A stretch of 46,075 nucleotides of DNA from a virus, in IMG/VR virus record IMGVR_UViG_3300002461_000377, positions 1-46,075 of that record. One strand, 5' to 3'. Made by a program: the position numbers and the translations under genes. Below, one piece after another: positions 30,141 through 37,525 of the stretch. The notes beneath the pieces were generated by a model, which made no database searches, was not told the origin of the DNA, and saw only the letters and a list, made by a program, of their open reading frames with translations. The first letter of the stretch is position 1. Every line of letters begins with the position of its first letter.

Positions 30141-30378
30141 CGCGGGCGCTCCCTTCGCTGTTACGACTGACTTTACTACTAACTTAGAACGCGGGCCACC
30201 GGCCTTTTTCGAAAACGCGCTTACGTGGCCCGCCACCTGCGTATCATACGCTGCCCGCGATGAAAGAGATAAGGAGGGATCTTGATACGTGCAGGCTGCT
30301 AACACTAGCGCTAACAGAGTGAAAAATTTTTTAGGAAAATTAGCGAGGGAGTTAAGGAGTATGTTTGGACGACGACTT

Positions 30379-30400
30379 AAAAAGCCCGGTACCCCCGGCT
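30379..30400 (-). terminator. Rho-independent terminator candidate ending the leftward early unit
   Basis: The minus strand reads AGCCGGGGGTACCGGGCT followed by TTTTT. This is a GC-rich stem with one bulge and a 5-nt loop. Confidence 0.5.
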
Positions 30401-30466
30401 GTGTTGCTCTGTCCTGCTCTTACCTTCGAGCGCAGCGAGCTGTGCTTGCTCTTAGTTGTTGGTGTT

Positions 30467-30545
30467 GCGCGCAGTGATCGCCGGCCTATAGTACAGATAG
30501 CACTATCATCTGTGCTATAGGCTGGGGATCACCGCAGTTGCGCGC
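30467..30545. promoter_or_regulatory. 79-nt extended imperfect hairpin/palindrome upstream of terS
   Basis: Outer stem GCGCGCA/TGCGCGC and GTGATC/GATCAC. Inner 14-bp stem CCTATAGTACAGAT/ATCTGTGCTATAGG (one T-G pair) with a 9-nt loop. Confidence 0.7.
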
Positions 30546-30561
30546 TCGTCGTGCGAAGCAC

Positions 30562-30600
30562 TGTTGATGCTGGGTGTTGATGTTGGGGTTGGGGTTGATG
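30562..30600. repeat. Short direct repeats: GTTGATG x3 and GGGGTT x2
   Basis: gttgatgctgggtgttgatgttggggttggggttgatgttgc, read directly. Confidence 0.6.
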
Positions 30601-31011
30601 TTGCTTTTAGCAAGCGGAGCGCGCAGCTATGCGATTGACACTGTGTATTCATAGCACTGATGTACAATGCGCATCCATAGGATACTGGAGGCACTGCCCT
30701 TGCTTGTGGTGTTGATTCTGCCTGGGACCTTGCTTGTGCCTTGGCAGGAGTAAGCGCAGCGCATGCCCTTGTTGTTACTGTCACTGACGCCTGGGCTACA
30801 AGCTGTGCTCTTGCTAGCTCTTACCTAGCTGTTACAGGATTGCGCTAGCAATCACTATCCGAGTGTAACGAGGGCGAGCCGTAAGGCGAGGCTAGCGCTA
30901 GCGGCAGTCCTAGTTGTTGCACTTACTATGAGCGAAGCGATCTGGATAAAGGTGTTAACGCGAGCGAAGCGAGCGCCGCAGCGCACCATAATGGTGCACC
31001 GCAGCAGGTTA

Positions 31012-31278
31012 TTAGCAGGCTTGATAGCGCAACTGGCAGCAAGCGTGCGTGTAGGTCTTGCTAGTGTCGAGCCACACGATGCGCAGCAGCACCACGAGGC
31101 GGATTTGCGGGCCGATGATACGCTGCGCCATGTAAGCTCCGCACTTACGAGCTATTGCCAGCGCGTAGTAAGCGGCGTTCGTTGTCTGTCCGGTGTTCAT
31201 GTAGAACCAGAAATTACCTTTAAGAGCCGCGATGCTTTGCGGGCGGATGTACTCGTGGTAACTTTGCGACAGTGACAT
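31012..31278 (-). CDS. Hypothetical protein (88 aa)
   Basis: ATG at 31278 lies 8 nt after AGGAG, in the same orientation as the upstream genes. The competing plus-strand ORF 30928..31275 is Arg-rich and shadow-like. Confidence 0.3.
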   Translation of the reverse strand: MSLSQSYHEYIRPQSIAALKGNFWFYMNTGQTTNAAYYALAIARKCGAYMAQRIIGPQIRLVVLLRIVWLDTSKTYTHACCQLRYQAC

Positions 31279-31351
31279 GATGCTAACTCCTGGGATTAGT
31301 GGGATATTTAGTAGGGAGAGGGGTGTTAGCCCTACTCCCCAGGGCACATTG

Positions 31352-32002
31352 CTAGATGAGTTCCTCCAGGTCGAGCGCTTCAGGCTGCAAGATAAGATCG
31401 AGCTTCTTGGCGATGTCGTCTCGCATAGAGGACGCGGGCGCTAGTTTCTTCAGGAGGTCGATTAGTTTCTGCGCGTCGGTCTTGTTTATCTTCGGAGCTA
31501 CGGATGCAAGTTTTTGGTAGGCTTCTGCGTAGTTGTTGCAAGTCGCAGCAATCTTAGCTTCATCGGTGATGCCCTTGGCAACGAGTGCTTCAGTGATGCC
31601 GGGGAGCATATCGCTATCGAACCAAGCTGCGATGCCTTCCTTGTTCATGCGGCGCTTGCTGTTCTCGGCGTTGGCGTATGCTATGATAGCATCAAGGGTG
31701 ATCTTATCGCCGTGAATGTCTTGCGCGCCCCCGGTGTCAATGAGCGTCTTGATGATGCTATCTTGCCAGTCGTTAATTGCACCTTGCAGCGCCTTGATTG
31801 TAGCGGCGCGGGTGAGGTCGTTGAGCTTCGGCAGTTCTGCGCCGATGTCAATCGTTGGTATCTCAACGAATTTGTTTTCCTTCTTCGCCTTCTTGGCTTT
31901 CTTGTCTTCCTCGGTCTGGCGGTAGGTGAGGATACTCAAGCGATTACCTTCTGCGGGTGTTTCCTTGCCTGTGTATGCGCGCACGCTGTAAGAGGTAGTC
32001 AT
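31352..32002 (-). CDS. Hypothetical early protein (216 aa), a possible distant paralogue of 38659..39393
   Basis: Clean ORF with Lys-rich N-terminal segment KKAKKAKKENK. By-eye similarity to the other gene in blocks such as GI..W.D...P..AL...GI....IA. Confidence 0.55.
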   Translation of the reverse strand: MTTSYSVRAYTGKETPAEGNRLSILTYRQTEEDKKAKKAKKENKFVEIPTIDIGAELPKLNDLTRAATIKALQGAINDWQDSIIKTLIDTGGAQDIHGDKITLDAIIAYANAENSKRRMNKEGIAAWFDSDMLPGITEALVAKGITDEAKIAATCNNYAEAYQKLASVAPKINKTDAQKLIDLLKKLAPASSMRDDIAKKLDLILQPEALDLEELI

Positions 32003-32007
32003 GATGA

Positions 32008-32208
32008 TTAAATCTCCTTGTGGTAGAGGTCTAGGATTTCAAAAGGCGTATCGATCGGGTCTTGCTGCATTGCTAGGATATACACGACATGCGAGCGGAT
32101 TGTGTGATCGCCGGTCGTAACATCAGGCTTATGCGGGTGTGTCACCTTTACTTTCTGATGTGGCTTGGTAAGGTGCTTCAGTAGTACGAGGATCGTTATA
32201 TAGTGCAT
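32008..32208 (-). CDS. Hypothetical small protein (66 aa), the first gene of the leftward unit
   Basis: ORF ends 5 nt before the next start. RBS is weak. Confidence 0.35.
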   Translation of the reverse strand: MHYITILVLLKHLTKPHQKVKVTHPHKPDVTTGDHTIRSHVVYILAMQQDPIDTPFEILDLYHKEI

Positions 32209-32303
32209 GGTGCTTGTGTTCCTTTCTTGCTATCCTCGGGGGCCTGCCGAGGCAGGTGGTGCGGTACTGCACCTATATAGTAAGCAGAGATCATGCCACG
32301 GAG

Positions 32304-32331
32304 ATTATATTTTACCATCCTTGATTATTAA
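32304..32331 (-). promoter_or_regulatory. Sigma70-like leftward promoter candidate
   Basis: The minus strand reads TTAATA, a 16-nt spacer, then TATAAT (perfect -10 at 32304..32309). It is followed by a structured leader containing CCTCGG/CCGAGG and GGTGC/GCACC stems. Confidence 0.45.
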
Positions 32332-32470
32332 GGGTTTTTTCTGGCATGCTGGTTGCTAGGTGTGGCGGTGCGTCGTCGTTGTTGTCGAGATCTCAGCAGG
32401 TAAGCTGGCACGATCTTTGCCGCCGCCGCCCCCTTTGCCGAGCATGGGGTTGGTGTTAAGGAGGTATGTT

Positions 32471-32563
32471 ATGAGCGGAGATGGTAGCACCTCAAAGCGT
32501 GTAGCTGCCTCACATTTCTGGTTCTTACCCTGCGAATGCAATGAGCACTGGTTAGCGCAGTAG
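32471..32563 (+). CDS. Small ORF (30 aa) behind a strong Shine-Dalgarno sequence
   Basis: TAAGGAGG lies 6 nt upstream of the ATG at 32471. Peptide: MSGDGSTSKRVAASHFWFLPCECNEHWLAQ. Confidence 0.3.
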   Translation: MSGDGSTSKRVAASHFWFLPCECNEHWLAQ

Positions 32564-32823
32564 ATGCGAGCGCTGTTGGTTCTTATGAGCGGAGTCGATG
32601 CTATTGTCCGTATTCGTGGTCAGTGTCTTCGCAGCGCGACGAATCCTAGCTCTTTCCCTCAGCCTCTTGTGAGCTTGCGAAACAAGACTCGATAGCTCTT
32701 GACCTTGCGCGGGAGTCTGAGGGAGCGCAGCGGCCCCTCAGCGGACTGGCTTCGGTATTTAGACAAGCACTGGGATCACTGATATTAGCAGTAAAGACTA
32801 AAGGCAATGAAGCGGGTAATGGC

Positions 32824-33084
32824 ATGAATAAGATAGTATCTCAAGTGAATGAAGATCCCTGCGATGTACGAGATGTACAAGAAATACAACGAATACACGC
32901 ATACACCCCACCCTCTCCCCCTATATATGAGGCTTGGGGATCTTCACTATCTACCCTTAGCTTTCTTTTTCTTTACTTAAAGTGGGGGTATAAATATGAA
33001 GGTCGATCATGGAGCGAGTTGGTAAATAAGAAGGAGAAAAACAGGGAAGTGAAGATCCCCAAAGGCCGAAATAGGGGGTGGTAG
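32824..33084 (+). CDS. Small ORF A (86 aa) reading through arm 1 of the inverted repeat
   Basis: Encodes S.VN.DP...RDVQEIQRI...TPPS.P.Y..WGSSL, which is paralogous to ORF B. Differences between the arms are in-frame indels and several synonymous changes. Confidence 0.3.
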   Translation: MNKIVSQVNEDPCDVRDVQEIQRIHAYTPPSPPIYEAWGSSLSTLSFLFLYLKWGYKYEGRSWSELVNKKEKNREVKIPKGRNRGW

Positions 33085-33152
33085 AGGGGGGTGTTATGGT
33101 GTTTTCTGGTATTTTGCGTATTTCTTGTATATCTCGGGGATCTTTGACTGAG
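32840..33152. repeat. Imperfect inverted repeat (quasi-palindrome). Arms are about 32840..32948 and 33047..33152, with centre near 32998.
   Basis: Arm 1 aligns with the reverse complement of arm 2. Shared blocks: GATCCC, CGAGAT(G/A)TACAAGAAATAC, CACCCC..CCTCT, CCCCCTAT, TTGGGGATCTTCAC. The centre contains the AT-rich TATAAATAT. Confidence 0.85.
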
Positions 33153-33280
33153 CGTGATAGTTTCTCTTCTCCTCGTAGCACTGGGGAAAACAGCACTATG
33201 AAAGTAAGAAAGCCCTTAAAGCGAAAATTTCTCTTGACACTGCCCGCGATTTCCGGCAAAATCGGGATTGGTTCGGGCAT
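32957..33280 (-). CDS. Small ORF B (107 aa) reading through arm 2 of the inverted repeat. It is convergent with ORF A and overlaps it.
   Basis: Encodes S.VK.DPRDIQEIRKI...TPPS..PYF..WGSSL. See ORF A. Confidence 0.3.
   Translation of the reverse strand: MPEPIPILPEIAGSVKRNFRFKGFLTFIVLFSPVLRGEEKLSRSVKDPRDIQEIRKIPENTITPPSTTPYFGLWGSSLPCFSPSYLPTRSMIDLHIYTPTLSKEKES
33234..33262 (+). promoter_or_regulatory. Sigma70-like rightward promoter candidate
   Basis: TTGACA (33234..33239), a 17-nt spacer containing TGCCCGCG, then CAAAAT (33257..33262). Confidence 0.4.
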
Positions 33281-33397
33281 CCGCCTGGGCCGTGGTAAGA
33301 GAAGTCTTAGTAAGACCTGAAGGCAGGAACACTGAAGGCAAGCAAGTCATAAGACGAGTCACTTACGAGATGCTAGATAACAACTGGAGATACTACG

Positions 33398-33565
33398 ATG
33401 CCCCGGATACCTCATGGCTTTGCTGTAATGTACTGGCTGGACGATGAGAAGCGAATGGTTGCCCGCGTTTTCCCTACAGAAGTAGCCGCGGTTCTTTACG
33501 CTGATAGCATGTCAGCAAGCTTGCACCCACAGGTTGTCGCACTGTTCATTCGCAGCACCAACTAG
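33398..33565 (+). CDS. Small hypothetical protein (55 aa), below the ORF-track cutoff
   Basis: ATG at 33398 lies 7 nt after GGAG. MPRIPHGFAVMYWLDDEKRMVARVF.... Ends 24 nt before the next gene. Confidence 0.35.
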   Translation: MPRIPHGFAVMYWLDDEKRMVARVFPTEVAAVLYADSMSASLHPQVVALFIRSTN

Positions 33566-33589
33566 ATACTAAGCTCAAGGAAAGTAACC

Positions 33590-34591
33590 ATGCAGATACT
33601 ATGTCGTTTCAGTGCGCTCACACTGTCCAGATACGAGCACTTCAAGGGCCTGCACATTGCTGATGTGCATCCTATCTTCGAAGTAAAGAGTAAGATCCTC
33701 TGGAAGATAGCACGGAGCTTCCTCGATGAGCGCACTACGAAGGAAGAGCGGAGACTGATCTTCCTTGCTATCGCTAACTCCACCGGCCTCATGCGCTTTC
33801 AAGTGCCCGCGGAACCTAGCGATAATACCATACTGAATTGCTTCCATCAGCTGCAAGCAATCGCGGGCTGGATTGAACACCTGCAAGCACCTGGCGTCAG
33901 GTTCCCGGCTTACGTCGTAAGAACTGAGAATAGAAACCTTCATAACTTCAAAGACTGGCTCAAGGCCCTTGAGGAAGTTAAGAAAGCATTCTACGAGGGC
34001 CAGGCAACACAAGAGCATAAGCACCGCATGACGCTGCTCGAAGATAAGCTGACACGGCTGATCCTCTCGCAAGTAACACAAGGTAGCCGAGGCATTACTA
34101 ACCTCATGGCCACCTGGGCACTTGATGCTAGCGAAGCACCGCGGGAATGCAAGCCTACATGGATGAAGATCCTAAATACACCGCGGGATAGGATCTACAC
34201 GATCAGCAGCACTGACATCAAGTCACTGATATCACACCTGGAGGAGAACCTTCCCCACGGATCAATTGCTGCTACTGCAGTCATGCGGCGAGTGCGGGAA
34301 CTACTACAGCAGCAAGCTGATGGCCTAGGTCTCTATGAGATCCTTACTGACGATGATAGCGATGCGAGTCCCAACGGTGCGCAGAGAAATGAGGCTATCA
34401 CCAGCGAGATAGCGAATACGCCCGCGGCGATAACAGCTGCTATCATGGCCCCGATCGCTGAGCCAGTGCCCGCGAATTACGGTAGCAAGGTATCATACCT
34501 TATTGCTAAGGCACAGTGGAACCTCGCACAGAACGCACTGGCTAATGCTGCAAATAACACAGTGAAAGCTGAGAATAAGGAGCAATCATGA
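33590..34591 (+). CDS. Hypothetical early protein (333 aa)
   Basis: AAGGAAAG RBS. ATGA overlap with the next ORF. Confidence 0.55.
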   Translation: MQILCRFSALTLSRYEHFKGLHIADVHPIFEVKSKILWKIARSFLDERTTKEERRLIFLAIANSTGLMRFQVPAEPSDNTILNCFHQLQAIAGWIEHLQAPGVRFPAYVVRTENRNLHNFKDWLKALEEVKKAFYEGQATQEHKHRMTLLEDKLTRLILSQVTQGSRGITNLMATWALDASEAPRECKPTWMKILNTPRDRIYTISSTDIKSLISHLEENLPHGSIAATAVMRRVRELLQQQADGLGLYEILTDDDSDASPNGAQRNEAITSEIANTPAAITAAIMAPIAEPVPANYGSKVSYLIAKAQWNLAQNALANAANNTVKAENKEQS

Positions 34592-34941
34592 TGACCTTCG
34601 ATGCCGATACTGTGCGCCTGAAGCTCATGCCCGGAAGTCTCCGTGTTAATGGTGAGCTGCTTTCTCGCAAGGAAATAACAAACACGCTGCGCTCCATCTG
34701 GAATCTGTCGCCGGCGCTGACAAAGGAAGCTAAGTTCTCTCCGTTCTTGCGAAGCTGGGAAGGCCCGCACCTCATTACGCAAATCAAGGATGGCAGGATC
34801 TTCTACCAGCAGAAGTGGTGGGTCGTCGTCTGGAATGTAACGCCTGAGCGCGCATACGCTGCTAAGCAACTGCTGCTATCTTTCCGCGGTGACGACACCT
34901 ACGGAAGATATGTAATCATCAGAATCAAGGGCGAGCACTGA
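34588..34941 (+). CDS. Hypothetical protein (117 aa)
   Basis: Translationally coupled to both neighbours. Confidence 0.5.
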   Translation: MMTFDADTVRLKLMPGSLRVNGELLSRKEITNTLRSIWNLSPALTKEAKFSPFLRSWEGPHLITQIKDGRIFYQQKWWVVVWNVTPERAYAAKQLLLSFRGDDTYGRYVIIRIKGEH

Positions 34942-34942
34942 T

Positions 34943-37264
34943 ATGACAATCGGAATGGGAAAGATACTAGCTGCGATAGCAGCAGCGAAGGCGAAGCGAG
35001 AGGCGGAGCAGCAGCAGGCAACTGAACAGCCAGAGCCGCCGCTGCCCACAACCTTCTATCTCGCAGATCCTAACTTCGCAGAAGCGCCTGATACCACAGA
35101 TACCACAGATACCACAAATGCTAACATCGTCCTGCATGGCAAGGAGTATAACAAGGAGCAATCCGAGGCAATACGTCGCGTTGCTGCCGGCGAATCTATC
35201 TGCATGATCGGAGCTGCGGGCACTGGTAAGACCACAGGCACCCACGGCATGGCTCACTATCTCATAGATCGCGGGCTAGGATCTATTGGCGCTAGTACAA
35301 AGTGGCTATCGCACGATGCTCCCGGGGTTGTTATCCTATCCTTCACTCGGCGTGCTACAGCTAACATTAAGCGTCAAATGCCCGATGATCTTAAAGGTAA
35401 CACCCTTACCTTTCATAAGATCCTGGAGTATAGGCCGGTCATCTACGAAGAATACGATCCGGCAAAAGGTAAGCTTGTTAAGAAGCGCAGGTTCGAGCCT
35501 TTTCGCAATCGTAATAATCCTCTGCCCGCGGGTATTAAGGTTGTCATCGTCGAAGAATCTTCGATGCTTGGCCTTGATCTTTTCATGCGCTTTTACGAAG
35601 CTCTCCCCTTCCCTGAGAAAGTGCAGTGGGTCTTCCTTGGTGATATCAATCAGCTGCCTCCTGTCTTTGGTAAGAGCATCTTCGGGTACAAGCTCCTCGA
35701 ACTGCCTGTTGTCGAGCTTACGCAGATTTACAGGCAAGCTCTCGAATCTCCGGGCCTGCGACTAGCTCACGCAATTAAGGACGGCGCTATCATTCCTTCG
35801 GAACTAGAGAAGGGCCGGCACGTTGTCCCTAAGGAGTGGCATCATCCGGGCAAGCTCACGATACGCTACTGGCAGCGTGAGATACAAGAGGACGAGGCGC
35901 TACTTACAGCGTACGGTTTCCTTAAGAAAGGAATCGAAGATGGCTACTACGATCCTTATGCCGACATGGTGCTCCTACCTTTCAATAAGCGCTTCGGTAG
36001 TATCGAACTCGGTAACTACATCGCTAATTACCTCGGGAAGCAGCGCGGTGCGGTAGTGCATGAAGTGATCGCGGGCTTCAATAAGCACTACCTCGCTGAA
36101 GGTGATAAGCTGCTCTATGATAAGGAAGATTGTATCATCGAACGTATTACTCCGAACGAGGGTTACATGGGGGTGCCCGCGCAACTTGCTAGTATCCACA
36201 TGGATCGCTGGGGCGTAGTTCACCAGGCAAGCGATGTCAGTGAGATAGAGAGGAAGAAAGCGCTAGATACTGGCCCCACTGATGTCACTGACATTGACTT
36301 CCTCCTCGCACAGACTGACGTAGAAGATAGAGTACACGCAGCATCGCATACTATCGTGCTACGCATGACTGGCATGAGCGGTGCCGCCGGCGGCTCTAAG
36401 GTAGCACAGAGCGACGATGACGATCTTGATAACGACGATGACGATGCACGCACTGTTACGATAAGCGATGCAGCTGAGATTAACAAGCTCATTAGCGGGC
36501 ACGTCATGACAGTGCATAAGAGTCAGGGCTGCGAGTGGAGGAGAGTATTCTACTTCATTCATCGGTCACATAGCATCATGGCTTGCCGGGAGATACTCTA
36601 CACTGGCACCACACGCTTTCGTGAAGAGCTTGTCATGATAGTGGAGCCGGATAGGGGCACTCCTGGTACTAAGAGCTTCAAGGCAGGTACTTTCCGGAAA
36701 GGGATCGAAAGCCAGCAAATCCCTGGTAGCAATCTCCACGAGAAGCTAGAGCACTTCCGGGAAGAACAGCTTAAGGCCCTCTCGCAGCTTAAGAATGAAG
36801 AGGATAAAGATGAGATAGCAAAGCTCCTCTTTATCATCGGAGATAAGATTAAAGCTCGTATCAAAGAGCAGGTAGAAGTACATCGAGAAGCTGTGGAGAA
36901 GGCTGCCCGCGATGCCTGGGAGAAACTCGTAGCACTCGATCCTGCTAAGCGATACATCCCGCGGTATCAGGTAGATATCAGCGTCTCGTTCGGAGATACC
37001 GCAGGCACTGCGCAGTCGAAGCCCGGCACTAGCATCATCACCATCGACAGCACTTACCTTATTAAGAACCCCAAGGAGTGCATCGAGCGTACTGTGCCGC
37101 ACGAGGTAGCGCATATTGCTAATACCTGCTGGAACGAAGGAAGCGGGCACGATCGCGGGTGGAAGGCACTGATGAAGGAACTTGGCTTCGTTCCTGATAA
37201 GGAGATCTTTCATCACATGGGCTCCAGGCAAGCAGCCCTGCAAACCGTAGCGAAAGGAATGTGA
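34943..37264 (+). CDS. SF1 (RecD/Dda-like) DNA helicase fused to a C-terminal SprT-like zinc metallopeptidase domain (773 aa)
   Basis: Helicase motifs: GAAGTGKTT, VIVEESSML, GDINQLPPV, LTQIYRQ, VHKSQGCEW. Acidic insert DDDDLDNDDDD. C-terminal VPHEVAHIANTCWNEGSGHDRGWKALMKELG (HExxH plus GH..W). Confidence 0.8.
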   Translation: MTIGMGKILAAIAAAKAKREAEQQQATEQPEPPLPTTFYLADPNFAEAPDTTDTTDTTNANIVLHGKEYNKEQSEAIRRVAAGESICMIGAAGTGKTTGTHGMAHYLIDRGLGSIGASTKWLSHDAPGVVILSFTRRATANIKRQMPDDLKGNTLTFHKILEYRPVIYEEYDPAKGKLVKKRRFEPFRNRNNPLPAGIKVVIVEESSMLGLDLFMRFYEALPFPEKVQWVFLGDINQLPPVFGKSIFGYKLLELPVVELTQIYRQALESPGLRLAHAIKDGAIIPSELEKGRHVVPKEWHHPGKLTIRYWQREIQEDEALLTAYGFLKKGIEDGYYDPYADMVLLPFNKRFGSIELGNYIANYLGKQRGAVVHEVIAGFNKHYLAEGDKLLYDKEDCIIERITPNEGYMGVPAQLASIHMDRWGVVHQASDVSEIERKKALDTGPTDVTDIDFLLAQTDVEDRVHAASHTIVLRMTGMSGAAGGSKVAQSDDDDLDNDDDDARTVTISDAAEINKLISGHVMTVHKSQGCEWRRVFYFIHRSHSIMACREILYTGTTRFREELVMIVEPDRGTPGTKSFKAGTFRKGIESQQIPGSNLHEKLEHFREEQLKALSQLKNEEDKDEIAKLLFIIGDKIKARIKEQVEVHREAVEKAARDAWEKLVALDPAKRYIPRYQVDISVSFGDTAGTAQSKPGTSIITIDSTYLIKNPKECIERTVPHEVAHIANTCWNEGSGHDRGWKALMKELGFVPDKEIFHHMGSRQAALQTVAKGM

Positions 37265-37266
37265 GC

Positions 37267-37524
37267 ATGGACAAGATATTCGTAGTGCATTGTTGTGGCG
37301 TATATATCCAAGGCATCGTCGGCGTATTCAATACGCTCGAAGCAGCGAAGGAGGTAGCAGAGCGCTTTCAGAAAGCAGAGAACGAAGAGGATGGCTACCA
37401 CTTCTATGAAGTAGTAGAAGTCCCTGTTAATATGCCCGCGAAGTGGGAGGTACGAGGCAGTACCGGAACTCGCTTCGCTGAGTTTCCTACCGTTCACCGC
37501 ACAATAGAGCAAAGGTGGAGATAG
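37267..37524 (+). CDS. Hypothetical protein (85 aa)
   Basis: ATG at 37267 lies after AAGGA. Confidence 0.45.
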   Translation: MDKIFVVHCCGVYIQGIVGVFNTLEAAKEVAERFQKAENEEDGYHFYEVVEVPVNMPAKWEVRGSTGTRFAEFPTVHRTIEQRWR

Positions 37525-37525
37525 C

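Noticed and set aside
30289-30477. A plus-strand 62-aa ORF with an internal TAAGGAG-ATG (30361)
   Set aside because: The Shine-Dalgarno sequence ends only 1 nt before the ATG. The orientation opposes all neighbouring genes. The peptide is Cys/Arg-rich. The segment is better explained by a minus-strand terminator and a late-promoter region.
30813-30829. An anticodon-arm-like hairpin (GCTAG CTCTTAC CTAGC, loop reading CUU). Separately, a GGTTCGGGCATCC T-loop-like string near 33268.
   Set aside because: The flanks cannot be folded into acceptor, D and T arms, and the T-loop consensus TTCRA is not met. I call no tRNA.
30928-31275. A plus-strand 115-aa ORF competing with the minus-strand ORF 31012..31278
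   Set aside because: Its composition is Arg/Ala-rich, there is no RBS, and its orientation opposes the local operon. The minus-strand frame has AGGAG 8 nt upstream of its ATG. Neither ORF is strongly supported.
32949-33046. Reading the inverted repeat as a protelomerase target, a hairpin telomere site or a MITE-like mobile element
   Set aside because: No protelomerase, transposase or integrase-like ORF is present and no target-site duplication is visible. The arms are too diverged (about 70-75 percent) for a recent mobile insertion.
33100-33140. Conserved promoter inside the inverted-repeat arms (TTGTATATC and TATATAT strings)
   Set aside because: The candidate -10 strings are not conserved between the arms, and no acceptable -35 lies at 16-18 nt. 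The coding-type conservation pattern fits better.
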